Assembly (NCBI RefSeq): GCF_009914755.1
Contig: NC_060931.1
Source of the DNA: the human T2T-CHM13v2.0 reference genome, Homo sapiens
Length of the DNA stretch: 64,000 nucleotides
Reading direction: 5' to 3' (one strand)
The notes below the pieces were generated by a model, which ran no database searches, was not told where the DNA came from, and saw only the letters and a list, made by a program, of their open reading frames with translations. Shown in pieces: positions 43,054 through 59,812 of this stretch (position 1 is its first letter; the number at the start of each line of letters is the position of its first letter). The position numbers were made by a program, and so were the translations under genes.

Positions 43054-43622
43054 CTAGAATAAAACAAAAATATTATCTATTTACTGAAGGTCTTCTATAC
43101 TATGAATACATAAAAATAAGATTCATTTGTTTGATCTTGGATTTTTAAAATGTGACTATCTCTAAACTACTTAGGAACATACATAAAAATAAAAATATCA
43201 CATAATAGTACAAAAATTACGACAATTTAAAAGTCATAATTTATAGTCATCCTATTCAAGATATGTCAAAAATTTGTTCTTTGGTTAAGACAAAATAGAT
43301 TTTACAGATCCCTGGAGATTGTACCTCTCATTAATAAATGAATAGGATGACCTTCTATTCAACCTATATATACAGTGTATACAATACTTTAGATGACCAC
43401 TGAAACTTTTGAGTTATTTTCATTTTTCACAATTACAAATAACACGGACACTCATGCATAAAACTTTGTAAGCATCTCTGAATATTTCCTTAGCATAAAT
43501 TTCCAGAAGAAAAATTATTGGGTAAAACATAAATATTTTTAGTTTCAGAAAAGTTGTCTCTTTACAAAATATTTATAGTACACCTACTGTATTCTAGGCA
43601 CTGTGCAATGAAATGAATACCA

Positions 43623-44336
43623 CAGTCCCTGCTTATCCTCCGATCCTCACTTTCCACAGTTTCAGTTACCTGTAGTCAACTGCAGTCCAAAAATATTAAA
43701 CGAAAAGTTCCAGGAAATAAACAATTCCTAAGTTTTAAATTGTGCACCATACTAAACAGTGAAATCTCAAGTCACCCTGCTTCATCCTACCTGGGACATG
43801 ACTCACCCCTTTGTCCAGCATATCCATGCTGTATACGTCACCAGCCTGTTAGTCATGTAGTTACCATCTTAGTTATCAGATGGACTCTGGTGGTATCTCA
43901 GTGCTTGTTTTCAAGTAACCCTTTTCTGACTTAATAATGGCCCCAAAGTTCAAGAGGAGTGATGCTGGCAGTTGAGATATGCCAAAGAGAAGCTGTAAAG
44001 TGCTTTCTTTAAGAGAAAAGGTGAAAGTTCTCAAAAGAAAAAACATCATATGCTGAGGTTGCTAAGATCTACGGTAAGAACAAATCTACCCATGAAATTG
44101 TGAAGAAGAAGAAAAAATTAACGTTAGTTTTGCTGTTGCATCTAAAACTGCAAAAGTTATGGCCACAGTCCATGATGAGTGCTTAGTTAAGACGGAAAAG
44201 GCATTAAATCTGTGGGTGGAAGACGTGAACAGAAATGTGTTCCGATGGTGGCAATCACGTGTGTTACTCTCTGCAGTTTCAAGCATCCACTGGGGGTCTT
44301 GGGATGTGTCGCCCTGCAGATAAGGGCAACTGCTGT
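43623..44336 (+). mobile_element. MER44/Tigger7-type DNA transposon fossil
   Basis: Terminal inverted repeat-like ends cagtccctgcttatc / gataagggcaactg; internal MPKRSCKVLSLREKVKVL transposase N-terminus remnant at ~43979. Confidence 0.8.
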
Positions 44337-44899
44337 GCAGCATGAACAGTATGGAGACAATACTTATCTTCATGGAGTTTATATTAGAGTAAGACAAGAG
44401 GTAGGAGACTGCCTATTTTATTGTTCTCTTGAAAAGACTGGGTATTTTACTTTTATGAAAGGCTTTATAGCCTGCAGGGGCATTCTAATATGGATTTTGG
44501 GGGTGAAGAGAGAAATAGGTGTGGAAAGTAAGTTCAGGGGTTCAGAGACCCATAGGTTTTTTAAAAGAGAAGTCAGGGGAAGGTCTCTTAAGGTAGTAGT
44601 GGAGTCCAAATTATTCTATGTCCCTTGTAGCTCCTACCCTTTGTATGCAGTAGTTTTTTTTTTAAATCGAAGACGGGGGAAGGTCTCTTAAGGTAATAGT
44701 AGAGACCAAATTATTCTATCTCCCTCGTAGCTCCTTCCCTGTGTATGCAGTTAACGGAGTGGGGTTTCCCCACTTGTCCCGCAATCTAGGCACAACAGAT
44801 TCCTGTAGTGAGCTGCGTGCAAGGAAGAAGCCTGGTAGGTGAGTAATTATTATAATCACCAAGAACCCTGAAAGTAACTACTGATACTTTATTTAAATC

Positions 44900-46771
44900 A
44901 AGTAGCTAACTAAAAATGTGAATATACAACCAAATCCCAAGACACAAATATCATGAAAAGGAAACATCAAAATAAATAAGCAAAAAACTTGACCTCTCAT
45001 GAAACAGCTAATGCAAATGAAAACTCCAATTATTGTTTTCACAGAAGTTTAAAAGGATAATGCACCCATATAATTAAAATAAGCTCCAGTGAAAAGGAGT
45101 TTTCAGAAATTCTAAGAAAAATATATTTGCCTAATTTAAAGCCTCAAAAGAAAGCTGAAGAGCAAAATGTACACAGCTGAAGTTGACAGTATTAAAGACT
45201 CAGTGATGATATTCTCTGAGAACACAGAAAGAAAAGAAATAGATAATATGATAAAAGCAATAATAGAAATTCAAAAAAGAGAGGCTAAAGTGAAAGAATA
45301 AGAGAACAACAACACACACACATCACCCCTCCAAACCTTATGTATTTCCAGAGAGAAAAACTATATAGGAATTTTCGTCTGTAATCCTTAATGCTAGAAC
45401 GCAAAGAAGCAATGTCAAAAAAATGTTGAATGAAACCCACAAATATCTATTAACCAATCTATCAATCAAATATGAGGGCAAAATAAAGCCATTTTTCAGG
45501 TAAGAAAGCACCCAGAAAGCATGCCAATTCTACATGTCAAGGAAAAATAAATCAGTAAAATTTGAAGTCAAGTCCAAAGACTGCTGGTGTCTTTAATGTA
45601 AATGTTTAGAGACTTCTTAGAACATAACAGATAAGACAACAATCTAGAAAGTAAATTTCAGCATAACCTGGAAGGAGAGGGTGTCTAGGCAAGGACAAGT
45701 AGAAATATTCCAACAGCTCAGTGCTGAAGCAAGCAGGTCTCTAGGTACAGAGCCTGAGTATGAGTTCTGCCTCCACTACTCACTAGCTGTGTGCCTTTCA
45801 GAAAATTACTTACCTTCTTACTGGTTTCCTCATCTGTAAATAATGGGAATAACTGACTCCCTTCTCACAAGGTGACTGTGAGGATTTATTGAGTTAATAC
45901 TGGTAAGAAGCTTAAAATACTGTCAGACACACAGGAAATAATAACTGTTAGCTACTATCATTGGTGGTAACAGGTTTTAGATGCTGATGAATTCTTAATA
46001 TCAAGATGAATATATTTGCTAATAATTTAAGAGAAACCACCAGGAAATATAGAAATGGGATATAGCTAACAATTCAGCAAGTATCAAGAAAATAATTTTT
46101 GAAAAGCACGATGAATAGAAAACATAAAATCAGATGGCAGGGAGAAGTACAAACACAGCAGTTATCACAGTTAATATGAAAATGGGTTAAATTCACCAAT
46201 TAGAAAACGAGTATTAGAGGAATTTGAATAGAAAAAATCTAACAATGAGAAATATACCTAAACCAAAATGTCACAAAAATGTTTAAAAAAAAGCATAAAT
46301 ACAGGTAAACCAGGAAAATCTATAAAAAAAGAAAGCAGATGTGGCAATATTAATTTTATACAAAGAAAAATTTACAGCAAAAAACCACTAAGTAAAGCAA
46401 AGAATATCCTTTATAATAAAAGTACAATCCTATAATAATCATGCAATGAACAACAGCACTATCTATATAAAGCAAACACTATTAAAATTACAAGACAATT
46501 TTGAAAAATTCATTTTTCATGTTGTATGTGAAGACAGCATTCTAAGAAAACAGATAAAATAGAAAAATAACTTGATGTACTAGACCATTTAGAATAGCAC
46601 TATTAATAACATGATATAACATGTAACTTTGAACTTCCCCTAAATAAGAAATGAACATTTAAAAAATCCTCACAGAGCATTTACTAAAACTGAACATCCA
46701 TCTCAATAAATAGCAAGTTAATTTTAAAGGCAAAATATACAACAGAAGAAACTAGTTAGACATTTTAAAAA

Positions 46772-46813
<42 letters not shown>

Positions 46814-47438
46814 GAGACGGAGCCTCGCACTGTTGCCAGGCTGGAGTGCAGTGGCAATCTTGGCTCACTGCAACCTCCGACTCCTGGGTTCCAGCGATTC
46901 TCCTGCCTCAGCCTCCCAAGTGGCTGGGATTACAGGTGCGTGCCACCACACCCAGCTAATTTGTGTATTTTTAGTGGAGACGGGGTTTCAACATGTTGGC
47001 CAGGATGGTCTCGATCTCCTGACCTCGTGATCCGCCCGCCTTGGCCTCCCAAAGTGCTGGGATTATAGGCATGAGCCACCGCACCCGGCCTAAAACTAGT
47101 TAGACATTTTAAGACATTCTTCTAAGTGATTTTGGATTAAATGATCAAAACTCAAATCACAGACTACACAGAAATCAACATTAATGGTAATGCTACACAC
47201 ATCATGGGATACAGTGTGCGTTTTCTTCAGAGAAAAAGTTATAACTTTAAATGTATTTACTAGGACACAATAATGATTGATAATAAATGATGTGAACTTT
47301 AGACACAGAAAAACAAAAGTGCACCAAAATAAAAACTAAGGACATAAACATATAAGCAGAGATTAATAAAATGGAGAACAACCTTCATAAATATAAGGAA
47401 TAAAACCAAAAGCTGGTTTTATGAAAAATCCAAAAAAG
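44900..47438 (+). mobile_element. Highly decayed old L1 (L1ME-type), continuing after ~49280
   Basis: A-rich L1-like sequence interrupted by younger elements. Confidence 0.6.
46772..47090 (-). mobile_element. AluS-type element with (AAT)n tail
   Basis: TSD aaactagttagacattttaa at 46749 and 47093. Confidence 0.93.
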
Positions 47439-48555
47439 AATGACCTTGTTATGGACTAATGCAGCTGGTGACTTTCAGTTGAAGCCAATGTTCATTTACC
47501 ACTTTGAAAATCCTGAGGCCTTTTTTCAGAATTATGCTAAATCTACTCTGCCTCTACTCTACAAATGGAACAACAAAGCCTGGATGACAGCACATCTGTC
47601 ACAGCATGTTTTACTGAATATTTTAAACCCACTCTTGAGACCTACTTCCCAGAAAAAAAGATTCCTTTCAAAATATTATTGCTCATTGACAATGTGGCTG
47701 GTCACCCAAGAGCTCTGATAGAGATGGACAAGGAGATTAAAGTTGCAGGAAAGCAGGCTGGATCAAGGAGTCATTTCAACTTTCAAGTCTTGTTATCTAA
47801 GAAATATATTTCATAAGGCTATAGCTGTCATAGATAGTGATTCCTCTGATGGATTTGGGTAAATTGAAAATCTTCTGGAAATGATTCACCATTCTAGATG
47901 CCATTAAGGATATTTGTGATTCGTGGATGGAGGTCAAAATACTGACATCAATAAGAGATGGGAAGCAGTTGATTCCAACTTATTTTCTACTTTATCTGTC
48001 ATTTTCTTAGAATGCTTTCTTCTCATATAACATTAAAAATGATTCCAACCCTCATGGGTGACACTGAGGGGTCCAAGACTTCAGCAGAGGAAGTCATTCC
48101 AGATGTGGTGGAAACAGCAAGAGAACTTGAATTAGAAGTAGAGCCTGAAGACGTGACTGAATTGCTGCAATCTCATGATAAAACTTTAATGGATGAGGAG
48201 TTGCTTCTTATGGATAAGCAAAGAGAGTGGTTTCTTGAGATAGAATCTACTCCTGGTGAACATGCTGTGAACATTGTTGAAGTGAAAACAAAGGATTCAG
48301 AAGATGACATAAATTTGGTTGATAAAGCGTGGCAGGGTTTGAGAGGACTGACTCCAATTTTGAAAGTAGTTCTACTGTTGGTAAAATGCTATCAAACAGC
48401 ATTGTATGCTACAGAGAAATTTTTCACGAAAGGAAGAGTCAATCAATGTGGCAAACTTCATTGTCTTATTTTAAGAAATTGCCACGGCCACCTGATCAGT
48501 CTGAAGCTATCACCATTGAAGCAAGACCTTCTACCAGCAGAAAGATTACAACTCT
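47439..48555 (+). mobile_element. Tigger1 internal fragment (decayed DDE transposase)
   Basis: [23 protein letters not shown] and ELEVEPEDVTELLQSHDKT peptides spread across broken frames. Confidence 0.9.
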
Positions 48556-48569
48556 AGTGTACATGTCAG

Positions 48570-49280
48570 GATAGACATTATCCAAAAAACAAAAGGTAGT
48601 AAGTGTTGGCAAGAATGTAGAGAAATTGAAATCCCTGCACAGGTGGAATTTCAAATGGTGCACCTGCTATGGAATACAGGATGGAGGTTCACCAAAAAAA
48701 ATCTTTAAAAAATTAAAAGTAGAACTACCATAAAATCCAGTAATCCCACTTCTAGGTATTTATCCAAAACAGTTGAAATCAAAATCTCAACAAGATACTA
48801 GCACTCTCATGTTCACTGCAGTGCTATTCATAGTAGTCAAGATGTGGAAACCGACTAAATGTCCATCAACAGACGAATAATGAAAATGCGGCATACAAAA
48901 ACAATGGAATATTGTTCAGCCCAAAAAAAAAAGTAGGAAATTCTTCAATGTGAGACAGCATGGATGAACCTGAAGGGCATTATGCTAACTGAAGTAAGCC
49001 AACCCCACAAGATATATAATGCAAAATTCCACTTACATGAGGTATCTAAAATAGTCAAAGTCATAGAGTGAAAGAGTGGAATGGTGTCACCAGGGGCTGA
49101 GACAAGGGGAAATGGAGAGTTACTAGTCAACAGGCTTAAAGCTTCAGTTAAGCCAGATGAATAAGTTTGAGAGATCGACTATAGAATGTTATACTTATAG
49201 TCCACAATACTGTATTATACAATTAAAAAATCGTTAAGAGGGTAGATCACATGTTAAGCATTCTTACCAAATTTTAAAAA
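48570..49280 (+). mobile_element. L1MA/L1MB-type 3' end
   Basis: L1 ORF2-end/3'UTR sequence ending gagggtagatcacatgttaagcattcttacc. Confidence 0.8.
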
Positions 49281-49476
49281 CAAGTATAGTTATTAATAAG
49301 GAGAAAAAATATATAATAATCCCCAAAATATTTTTAAAGCCATTTTTTAAAAATTTAACATTCATTTTTTACTGCTTTATTGAGTTACAATTCACACATT
49401 ATACACTTTCAACATCTATCTTTAATTTAATTTTTAAAATTATCCTGGTTTATATAAACCAAAAGGAAACTTTCTT

Positions 49477-49814
<338 letters not shown>

Positions 49815-50565
49815 TTATATACTAACAGCAAATGAAACAGTGAGACACTAAAGGCATTCTTCACTTTAGAGTCAGAAACAAAATAAGGGCAAGCCCATCA
49901 TCACTGCAATTCAAAGTTGTTCTGGAAGTTCTAGCTAATACACAAGACAAGAAAGTAAAGAAGTATAAATATTAGAAAGTTATTACTATTTGTAGATTAT
50001 ATGATAACCTGCCTAGAAAATCCAGAGCATCAATGGAAAAACTATTAGAACCAGAAAGAAAGTTTGGTAACATGGCTAGATAAAAACGTGTTGCAAAAAA
50101 AAAAAAAAAAGTAAAGCAGCTTTCCTATAAACTAAAAGATCAGTATAACAGACAATCTAAAACAGACTCAAGTACAATGAGAATTGATAAGTGATAAAAG
50201 CTGACATTTGGAAAAAAGATTTATGCAATACTGTGTTGGGACAATACCTCACTAGAGGGGGAAAGGTAGACTCCTCTATGTCACTATACCACAAAATTAA
50301 TGCAAGAGTAATAAATAACCTCTATGTAAATAGAAACTTATGAAAGAAAATATGAAAAAAAATTTCATGTTTTTGGTGTAGGGAAGTGTTTCTAAGCAAC
50401 ATATGAACCCAGAAAAAATATATAACTGTGATTGTACAGAAACTTTGAAGTTCTACAAAGCAGAGACCATAAATGAACTATAAGTTGACATTTTGGAAGA
50501 AACTGTGTAATACACATAAGAGACAAAATGTTATGTCTATGGAAAAAGCAAAAACATAACACATA

Positions 50566-50850
50566 GCCGGGCACAGTGGCTCATGCCTGCAATCTCAGCA
50601 CTTTGGGAGGCCCAAGTGGCTGGATCACTTGAGGTCAGGAGTTCAAGACCAGCCTGGCCAACATGGCAAAACCCTGTGTTTACTAAGAATACAAAAATTA
50701 GCTGAGTGTGATGACGGGTGCCTGTTATCCCAGCTACTCCAGAGGGTGGGGCAGGAGAATTGCTTGAACCCCGGAGGCAGAGGTTGCAGTGAGCCGAGAT
50801 TGTGCCACTGCATACACAGCAGCGAGACGAAAAGAAAAAAAAAAAAACAA
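50566..50850 (+). mobile_element. AluS-type element
   Basis: gccgggcacagtggctcatgcc...A-rich tail. Confidence 0.92.
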
Positions 50851-52444
50851 CCCACAAAACAACTTTTAAAGGTCAAAAAGAAACATAGTAAACAAACACA
50901 TGAAAAGCTGCAAAACTCCACTGACATAGAATTTATACAATAAAATGAATTGTTTTTACCTATCAGAAAAAAATTAAAAGCTTGATAACGATGTTGGTGG
51001 AGTTGCAGAGAAATGGACACTCTCATCATTATAATTTCTCAGTTTTAACAAATTCTAAAATATGCAGGCCTCATAATCAGCAGTCCAAATTCAAATATTT
51101 TATACTATAGAAATACTTAGAATAAGTCTACCAAGATACACAAACCAGGATGTTCAATCCTCAAAACATTGGTTTTTTTATGACAAAAGTTATATATAAT
51201 CTAAACTTTCATTGATATGGGAAAGGCAGTCATGCATGATGGTCAACAATAAAATCCTAAGACCATTATAAAATATAATGAAGATCAAGGAAGAGGCCCA
51301 AGACACACTATTAAATACAAGTAACAAGTTACAGAATAAGTAGAATACAATTCTATTTTTTAAAAATATTGTGTTTCTATATGTGTTTTCTAAAATAAAA
51401 CATACAAAGCTACTTACAATCAGCACTCAGGGGAGCAGATCTAAGAGAGGGGAGTATTCCCTCTCTTTTTGATACACTGGTTTTTCAGAATGTATTACTA
51501 CTAGCCTCTGCTATTATTATTTTTGAGATTTAACCCAGAACCCTCTGCCCATACACAACAGGCCTGTCACTTTCAAATATGTAATCAATACATAGACTTC
51601 CATATTCTGAGTAATTATCTTCCATCCACTGATCCCTCCGAGTCTGTCACTTCCACATTACACCCTCTGCAACATATGAAGACAGTTGCCACATACCCTT
51701 CAATCTTCTATTATCCAGTTAAATATTCCAAGACCCTTCATGCACTCCTTATGGGAACAGTGTCCAGGGTTCTCCATTCATTCTTTTTTAGAATGCCAAG
51801 ACCCATTTCCCTGGGCTCCATCTGTCCAGAACAATGTAGAATGGGTCTATTATCCCCTTTATTTTGGAAACAATTTCAACAGACGCACCTAAGAGCTTAA
51901 TTAGCTCTTCTGACAACCATACACAGCTGTTTATTAAAAATACAAGCATGGAGTATGGAGTTCATAGAAATTCTTTCTACTATCTTCACAATTTTTCTAT
52001 AAATCTAAAACTATTCTATAAAGTAGAAGTCACAAAATAAAATCAAATATTCTATTTACAAATATAAAATGTAACTTGAAAATTACTATTAGGTACTATG
52101 CTCACTACCTGGGTACAATATACCCATGTAACAAGCCTATACATGTGCCCCCTGCATCTAAAATAAAAGTTGAACACTAAAAAACATGTCATTTGAGATC
52201 ATATTTCCCTCAGAAGGAAATTTTCTTCACAATTTACTTCTTGAGCCTTGTAGCAATTTACTTATGTGTGACTGATATGATATATTTTGCTGGCATCTGC
52301 TTATGCTAGTGACATTACTAAAACCATCCAGAATTGTTATACAATAAATAGTTTCAACAATAAGTTTAGAAGAAAATTCATAAATATTCAGGAACACAAA
52401 TAATTTTACCCCCTCTGAAAGTTAAAAAAAGAAAGAAAAAGAAA

Positions 52445-54426
<1,982 letters not shown>

Positions 54427-54705
54427 TCTTTAGCTTACTGACTTTAAATTCTAATCATATATTATAATTTATCAATTTAAACTTTGAGTTAGTTCACAAA
54501 TATAAATTTCTCCAAAACAAGTCCAAATACATGTAAGAAATCTGTAAGAATAATATTTTTAAGGAAACATTTAAGTTTGGTTCATATCTCCTTTCTTAAT
54601 CATAATGCTAAAGTTTAATGCATATTCATTTGAAAAATTAATGCTACAGTAAATTATTTAATAATGGAATACTGTATGTTTTAAAAACAATGATGATATA
54701 ATTAC

Positions 54706-54752
54706 CTTAGATAAACGTTTGTAGCTAAAACACGCGAAATATCACCAACAGT
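54706..54752 (-). pseudogene. DPY19L2-like exon ~16 (47 bp)
   Basis: cacag|ACT...CTA AG|gtaat; TVGDISRVLATNVYL(R). Confidence 0.88.
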
Positions 54753-55044
54753 CTGTGAATAGAATCAAATCAATGAAACTTTTGTAAGGAATACTGCAAT
54801 ATTTAAAATGCTCTGATTCATTAATATAAACACTCCGCCAAGGAAAGAAGTATTCTTTTAATGTTTAAGGGAGTCCTCAGGAACAGGATGGTCATACTAT
54901 AGATGTCTTCCTTTTCTCCTTCTGAGAAGTGACTTCACATCATTGAAAACTAAATGACCTTCAGAAGTATCCTTGGGGTGAAAAGTAAGCCACAACAGGA
55001 CAAATAAAGACTGAGGGGTTTATAAGAAAGCAGAAAGGAAGGAG

Positions 55045-55146
55045 TGAAACTTGGCTGGCTGCAGGGATGAGAGAGAGAGAGAGAGAGAGAGAGTGTGTGT
55101 GTGTGTGTGTGTGTGTGTATGAAACTTGGCCAGCTACAGGGATTTT

Positions 55147-55177
<31 letters not shown>

Positions 55178-55305
55178 GTGTGTATGAAACTTGGCTAGCT
55201 GTAGGGATGTTTGTATGTGTGTATGTGCGTGTGCGTGTGTGTGTATGAAACTTGACTGGCTGCAGGGACATGTGTGTGCGTGTGTGTGTGTGTGTGTATG
55301 CACAT
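55045..55305 (+). repeat. Compound minisatellite: four 24-bp units separated by (GA)n/(TG)n tracts
   Basis: tgaaacttgRcYRgctRYagggaY at 55045, 55120, 55185 and 55246. Confidence 0.93.
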
Positions 55306-56591
55306 GCCCCTGCTAGTGCACATGCATAGTTCAGGTTGTGGTGTGTCTGGAAACTAGTAATGTATTTATAAGTCTTGGATCTTAATTTTTTAAAATATAG
55401 CAGTTGCAGATCTAGCTATCAGTTTCTCTCACATTGCTGACTCTCCGCTGAATAGTTAATTCATGCATTGGCCCCTCTAAGTGGAGCCTTAGAAGAATAA
55501 TTCGACATTTTGCCTTGATGGAAAAGAAACAGGCCAGTAGAGAAAATCTTCATTCTAAGCCAGCATGGGCCGAAAGGATGCAGGGCAGTAAACCTGCTCA
55601 CATTTTACTCATTCCTCCTTATTTCCTTTATCCTGACTCTTTCCACGTGGTCCGCAGGGAACTGGATCGAGGGTGAAACAACAGAGATGTCGAGGGAGAT
55701 GCCTTTCTCACTCTTAAATTACTCACATCTCTGTGTAAACAAAGGAGTGAGAAGTGTGGCAACTAAAACTACATAGAGAAGATATGCAATTTGACTGTAA
55801 ATACAGAAAACTCCTTTCAACAAGAACACAACTGGTATGGTGGTGGGGAAATCACATTATTGTTATCTGCTTAAAAGTATACAATAAATACATACTGGCT
55901 TAAGACTTCATAGCTTGTAAATAATATAAATAAAGATGGCTCAAGACTGCTTAAAAAAATACCCACTGTCTTTAACCATGCTTTTAGATAAACTCCACCC
56001 AGACCAAGAAAACCTACCAGTGGTATTTTAAAGATTATTTTTTTCATTGAGATGTTCTTTTCTTCTGTCATGAAAACAGTGAACATGTAGAAAAGTATTT
56101 TTTAATTAGCTATACAGATTTCTTCTACGCAGACTCACTCAAAATAGATCAAGACTTCACTGTGCTTTATATTTGAAAGATACTAACATTGTTGTCACTA
56201 GACTTTTCTTTCATAGCACCTATAAAAATTTTAATTCTTTAGACGTTTGTGGGATTATTTGCTTCATGTTTGCACCCCCACCCCCAATAATCCAGGATTG
56301 TAAGTTCCAAGACAGGAGCGGCCACGTTTTATTTGTCCGGGTGTACCTACAATGTTAATTTAGTCCTTGATACACAGTTGGTGACTGGTATATATCTTTT
56401 GAAAGAAAAAATAAGAATACCTTTTATCATGGCTTTTTATAAAAAGATCGATGATGAAAGATCTAAATAAAAAGCAAACTTTTAGAGAGAGGAAGAGTTC
56501 ATCCTAAAAATAACATGGAATTCTGAGCAATTTGCATTATTATAGTCCTTATATTGATGCCAAAAACAAATAATAATTTGTTTAAAAATAC

Positions 56592-56663
56592 CTTTTTAAA
56601 GATAAAACATGTAATCACCATAACAACTGGAAGCAATAATGTCTTTGTGTATATCAGCAGAGT
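56592..56663 (-). pseudogene. DPY19L2-like exon ~15 (72 bp)
   Basis: ttcag|ACT...AAG|gtattt; TLLIYTKTLLLPVVMVITCFIFKK. Confidence 0.9.
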
Positions 56664-57523
56664 CTGAAATATACCAAATTATTCAAAATAGTTACAATTT
56701 TTACATTAAATTAGTAAACATCTATGTCAAACTAAGTGCCATGATAACATTCCTTAAAAGTAAAAGGTTAAATTTCTTTGTCATCAGCAGAATATATATT
56801 TATTGTCTTCCATGCCTTAATGAAATAATTAAAATTATAAAAATAGTTATAAAAAGTATTCCAAAAATTTAATGAAAAATTTATTATTTTAATAAAACTA
56901 GAATTGCTATATCTATTTTTTCTTTTCTTTTTTTTATTTACATAATACTAAGTTTTAAAATGTGTGTTTACCGATCCCTGGGTCCTACATTGTAACTTTC
57001 TGTACTACACAGCTCCATTATTTTCATTAGTGAAACTAGAGCTAACAAGAAAGAAAGCTAACCAAAGTTAATGACTAAAACTATGCATAAGTACAGAAAT
57101 AACATTGGCTAACTAATTCTGATGACCTGTTATTGTGATAAGGAGTAATTTACCATGTAACTAAATTATACATTTCTTAAAAGCAAGAAACCAGTTCATT
57201 TTCCTCTTTGTTGTGCTATAGCAAACCGCCTCATGGATAACTAGTGGTCAATAATAGTTTTTGAATGAATGGGATGACTGGTTGGATGGATAAGAGAAGA
57301 ATGTAAAATTTTATTATTTACCACTAATTCAGAATTCATAATGATTACACAAGGAATAATCAATCCAGTAGCAACTTTGTTATGTTCTATGAAGAAAATT
57401 AAGCTACAAATAGAGGAAAGAGCCCTGGATTGAGAGTTCCAGAATCCATTAGAATCCATGTCCTGATCTTGGCTTGTGTGTGCTTTAGGCAAACCTTTTA
57501 AGCTTTTCTTTATCTGCAAATGA

Positions 57524-57903
<380 letters not shown>

Positions 57904-58431
57904 TAAAGCTTTATAACATGAACTTTTTAAAAAGAATAATACCTTGCATTTGTATAATTTAAAATGAATTTTTATATGTTCATTAAAACTCATCAGTAGC
58001 ATACCTTTCTTGGTAACACCTTGTTAAAAATGTTATAATATTTGGGGTGTTAACTGTAATAAAACTGAATTTCTTAAAAACAGAAACAAGAATTTAGACT
58101 TTTTCCTGAATGGTCCCATATTTCCAAGTGGCCTAGATTATTAAAAGTAATTGATTTGGAATAATAGTAATTATTATGGGTCATATAGTATGTTAAACAC
58201 TCTTCTCAGATTATCTCATTTAACCATCATCAATAACTCTATAAGATAGAGGCTATCTTTTTTTTTTCAACAGACAAAAAAACAAGTGAGGAAGGTAGAT
58301 TAGCAAAAGTTACAGTAAAAAAATATAAAATAAGTTGACTGTTTCTGAGCAAAAATTTTGAGTTTCAGATTTTAAAAAAACCTAGAGCAAAAACTCATAT
58401 TAGTAGAGAAGGAAAAAAGAAACATTCATAC

Positions 58432-58533
58432 CGCTTTTTCCATGAAGTCAAATTCGGGAGAACAGGTGTATTTTAAAGTATCAAAATCTGTATACCTTAA
58501 GATTCCGGCTGCTATAAGATCACTCAGGCAAAT
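58432..58533 (-). pseudogene. DPY19L2-like exon ~14 (102 bp)
   Basis: cccag|ATT...GCG|gtatga; ICLSDLIAAGILRYTDFDTLKYTCSPEFDFMEKA. Confidence 0.9.
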
Positions 58534-59514
58534 CTGGGAGAAAATAAAGTAAAATGAATTAAAATTACACAAATGATTATAGCCTTAGCCAGTAATACTT
58601 TATTGATGTAAGAATAACAAAGTTTATAGAACAGATAAATCCAATGTATTTAGACATCCCACTAAGAAAACAAAAAACTACAGTGAACCAAATATACGAT
58701 GTGCTGACTTCTCAAGATAACTGAAAATAAAGAGAAATATCATGAAAAATGAAAAGTAGAAAGAAGTCAGAAAAAATAAAGAGAAGATGATAAAGAGTGA
58801 GCTAAAATCAATATCTGCTGAGAAGAAACCACCATGTAGTTAATTATATTTTATAATAAGACAATTTATCATGAAAAACTGTTTTACTTAACCTCTTTCA
58901 ACATACATTGTAGGTCATAAGCTTTCTGTGCACTGTCATTTTCACAAAGCCTTGCAGACTGATTACAATATTTGGTACTTCTTGATGTTTTACAGACATA
59001 TATTCAAACCATTGCATATGAGACCTGATCCTCATAAGAATTACAACAGTTATACACACCACTTTGATCTTTGACTTAGCTATTTGATCTCCAAGGCTAA
59101 AAGTAGATACCAACAACCAAACCCAATGCAGAACTTCTATTTTTCTACTGATTATTTACAACCTGCTCTTGGTGAGACAATTATTTTTCCACAGCATCCT
59201 CAGAAGGCCAGAAAAAGGAAAATATTTGGCAAGTAAACTCTTAATTCAAATTATTTTATAGTGACAGAAATTATTTTATAACAAATTTGATGATTATGAG
59301 TGGTTTTCATTCAATTATTTTTCCTAATTTACCAGTACTCAAGGATAATTTAGAGTTGCACTTTATTTTTCTAATTTAGAATAGGCCTGGTGACTAATAG
59401 TAATTTAACCAAACCACTATAATTTCAGGTATTCCTCGTAACTGTCACATAAAGGAAGTCACTCAGGACTACCAAGGAAGTGTGTTTGCTTTTTTTTTTT
59501 TTTTAATTTGTAGG

Positions 59515-59812
59515 GCAGGCATGGTGGTTCACACCTGTAATCACCAGCACTTTGGGAGGCCAAGGCAGGCGGATCACTTGAGGTCAGGAGTTTGAGACCA
59601 GGCTGGCCAACATGGTGGAACCCCATCTCTACTAATAATACAAAAATTAGCCGGGTATGGTGGCACATGCCTATAATCTCAGCTACTCAGGAAGCTGAGG
59701 CACAAGAATCACTTGAACCCAGGAGATGGAGGTTGCTATGACCCGAGATTGGCCACTGCACTCCAGCCTGGGTGACAGCGTGAGACTGTGTTTCAAAAAA
59801 AAAAAAAAAAAA
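59515..59812 (+). mobile_element. AluS-type element
   Basis: Alu consensus with poly-A tail. Confidence 0.92.

Noticed and set aside
48012-48557. 181-aa ORF as a domesticated transposase
   Set aside because: It is a frameshifted Tigger1 fragment, and its start codon lies in the foreign 60-bp insert.
55045-55305. CRISPR array
   Set aside because: The spacers are dinucleotide microsatellites, the repeats are degenerate, there are no cas genes and the context is primate intronic DNA.
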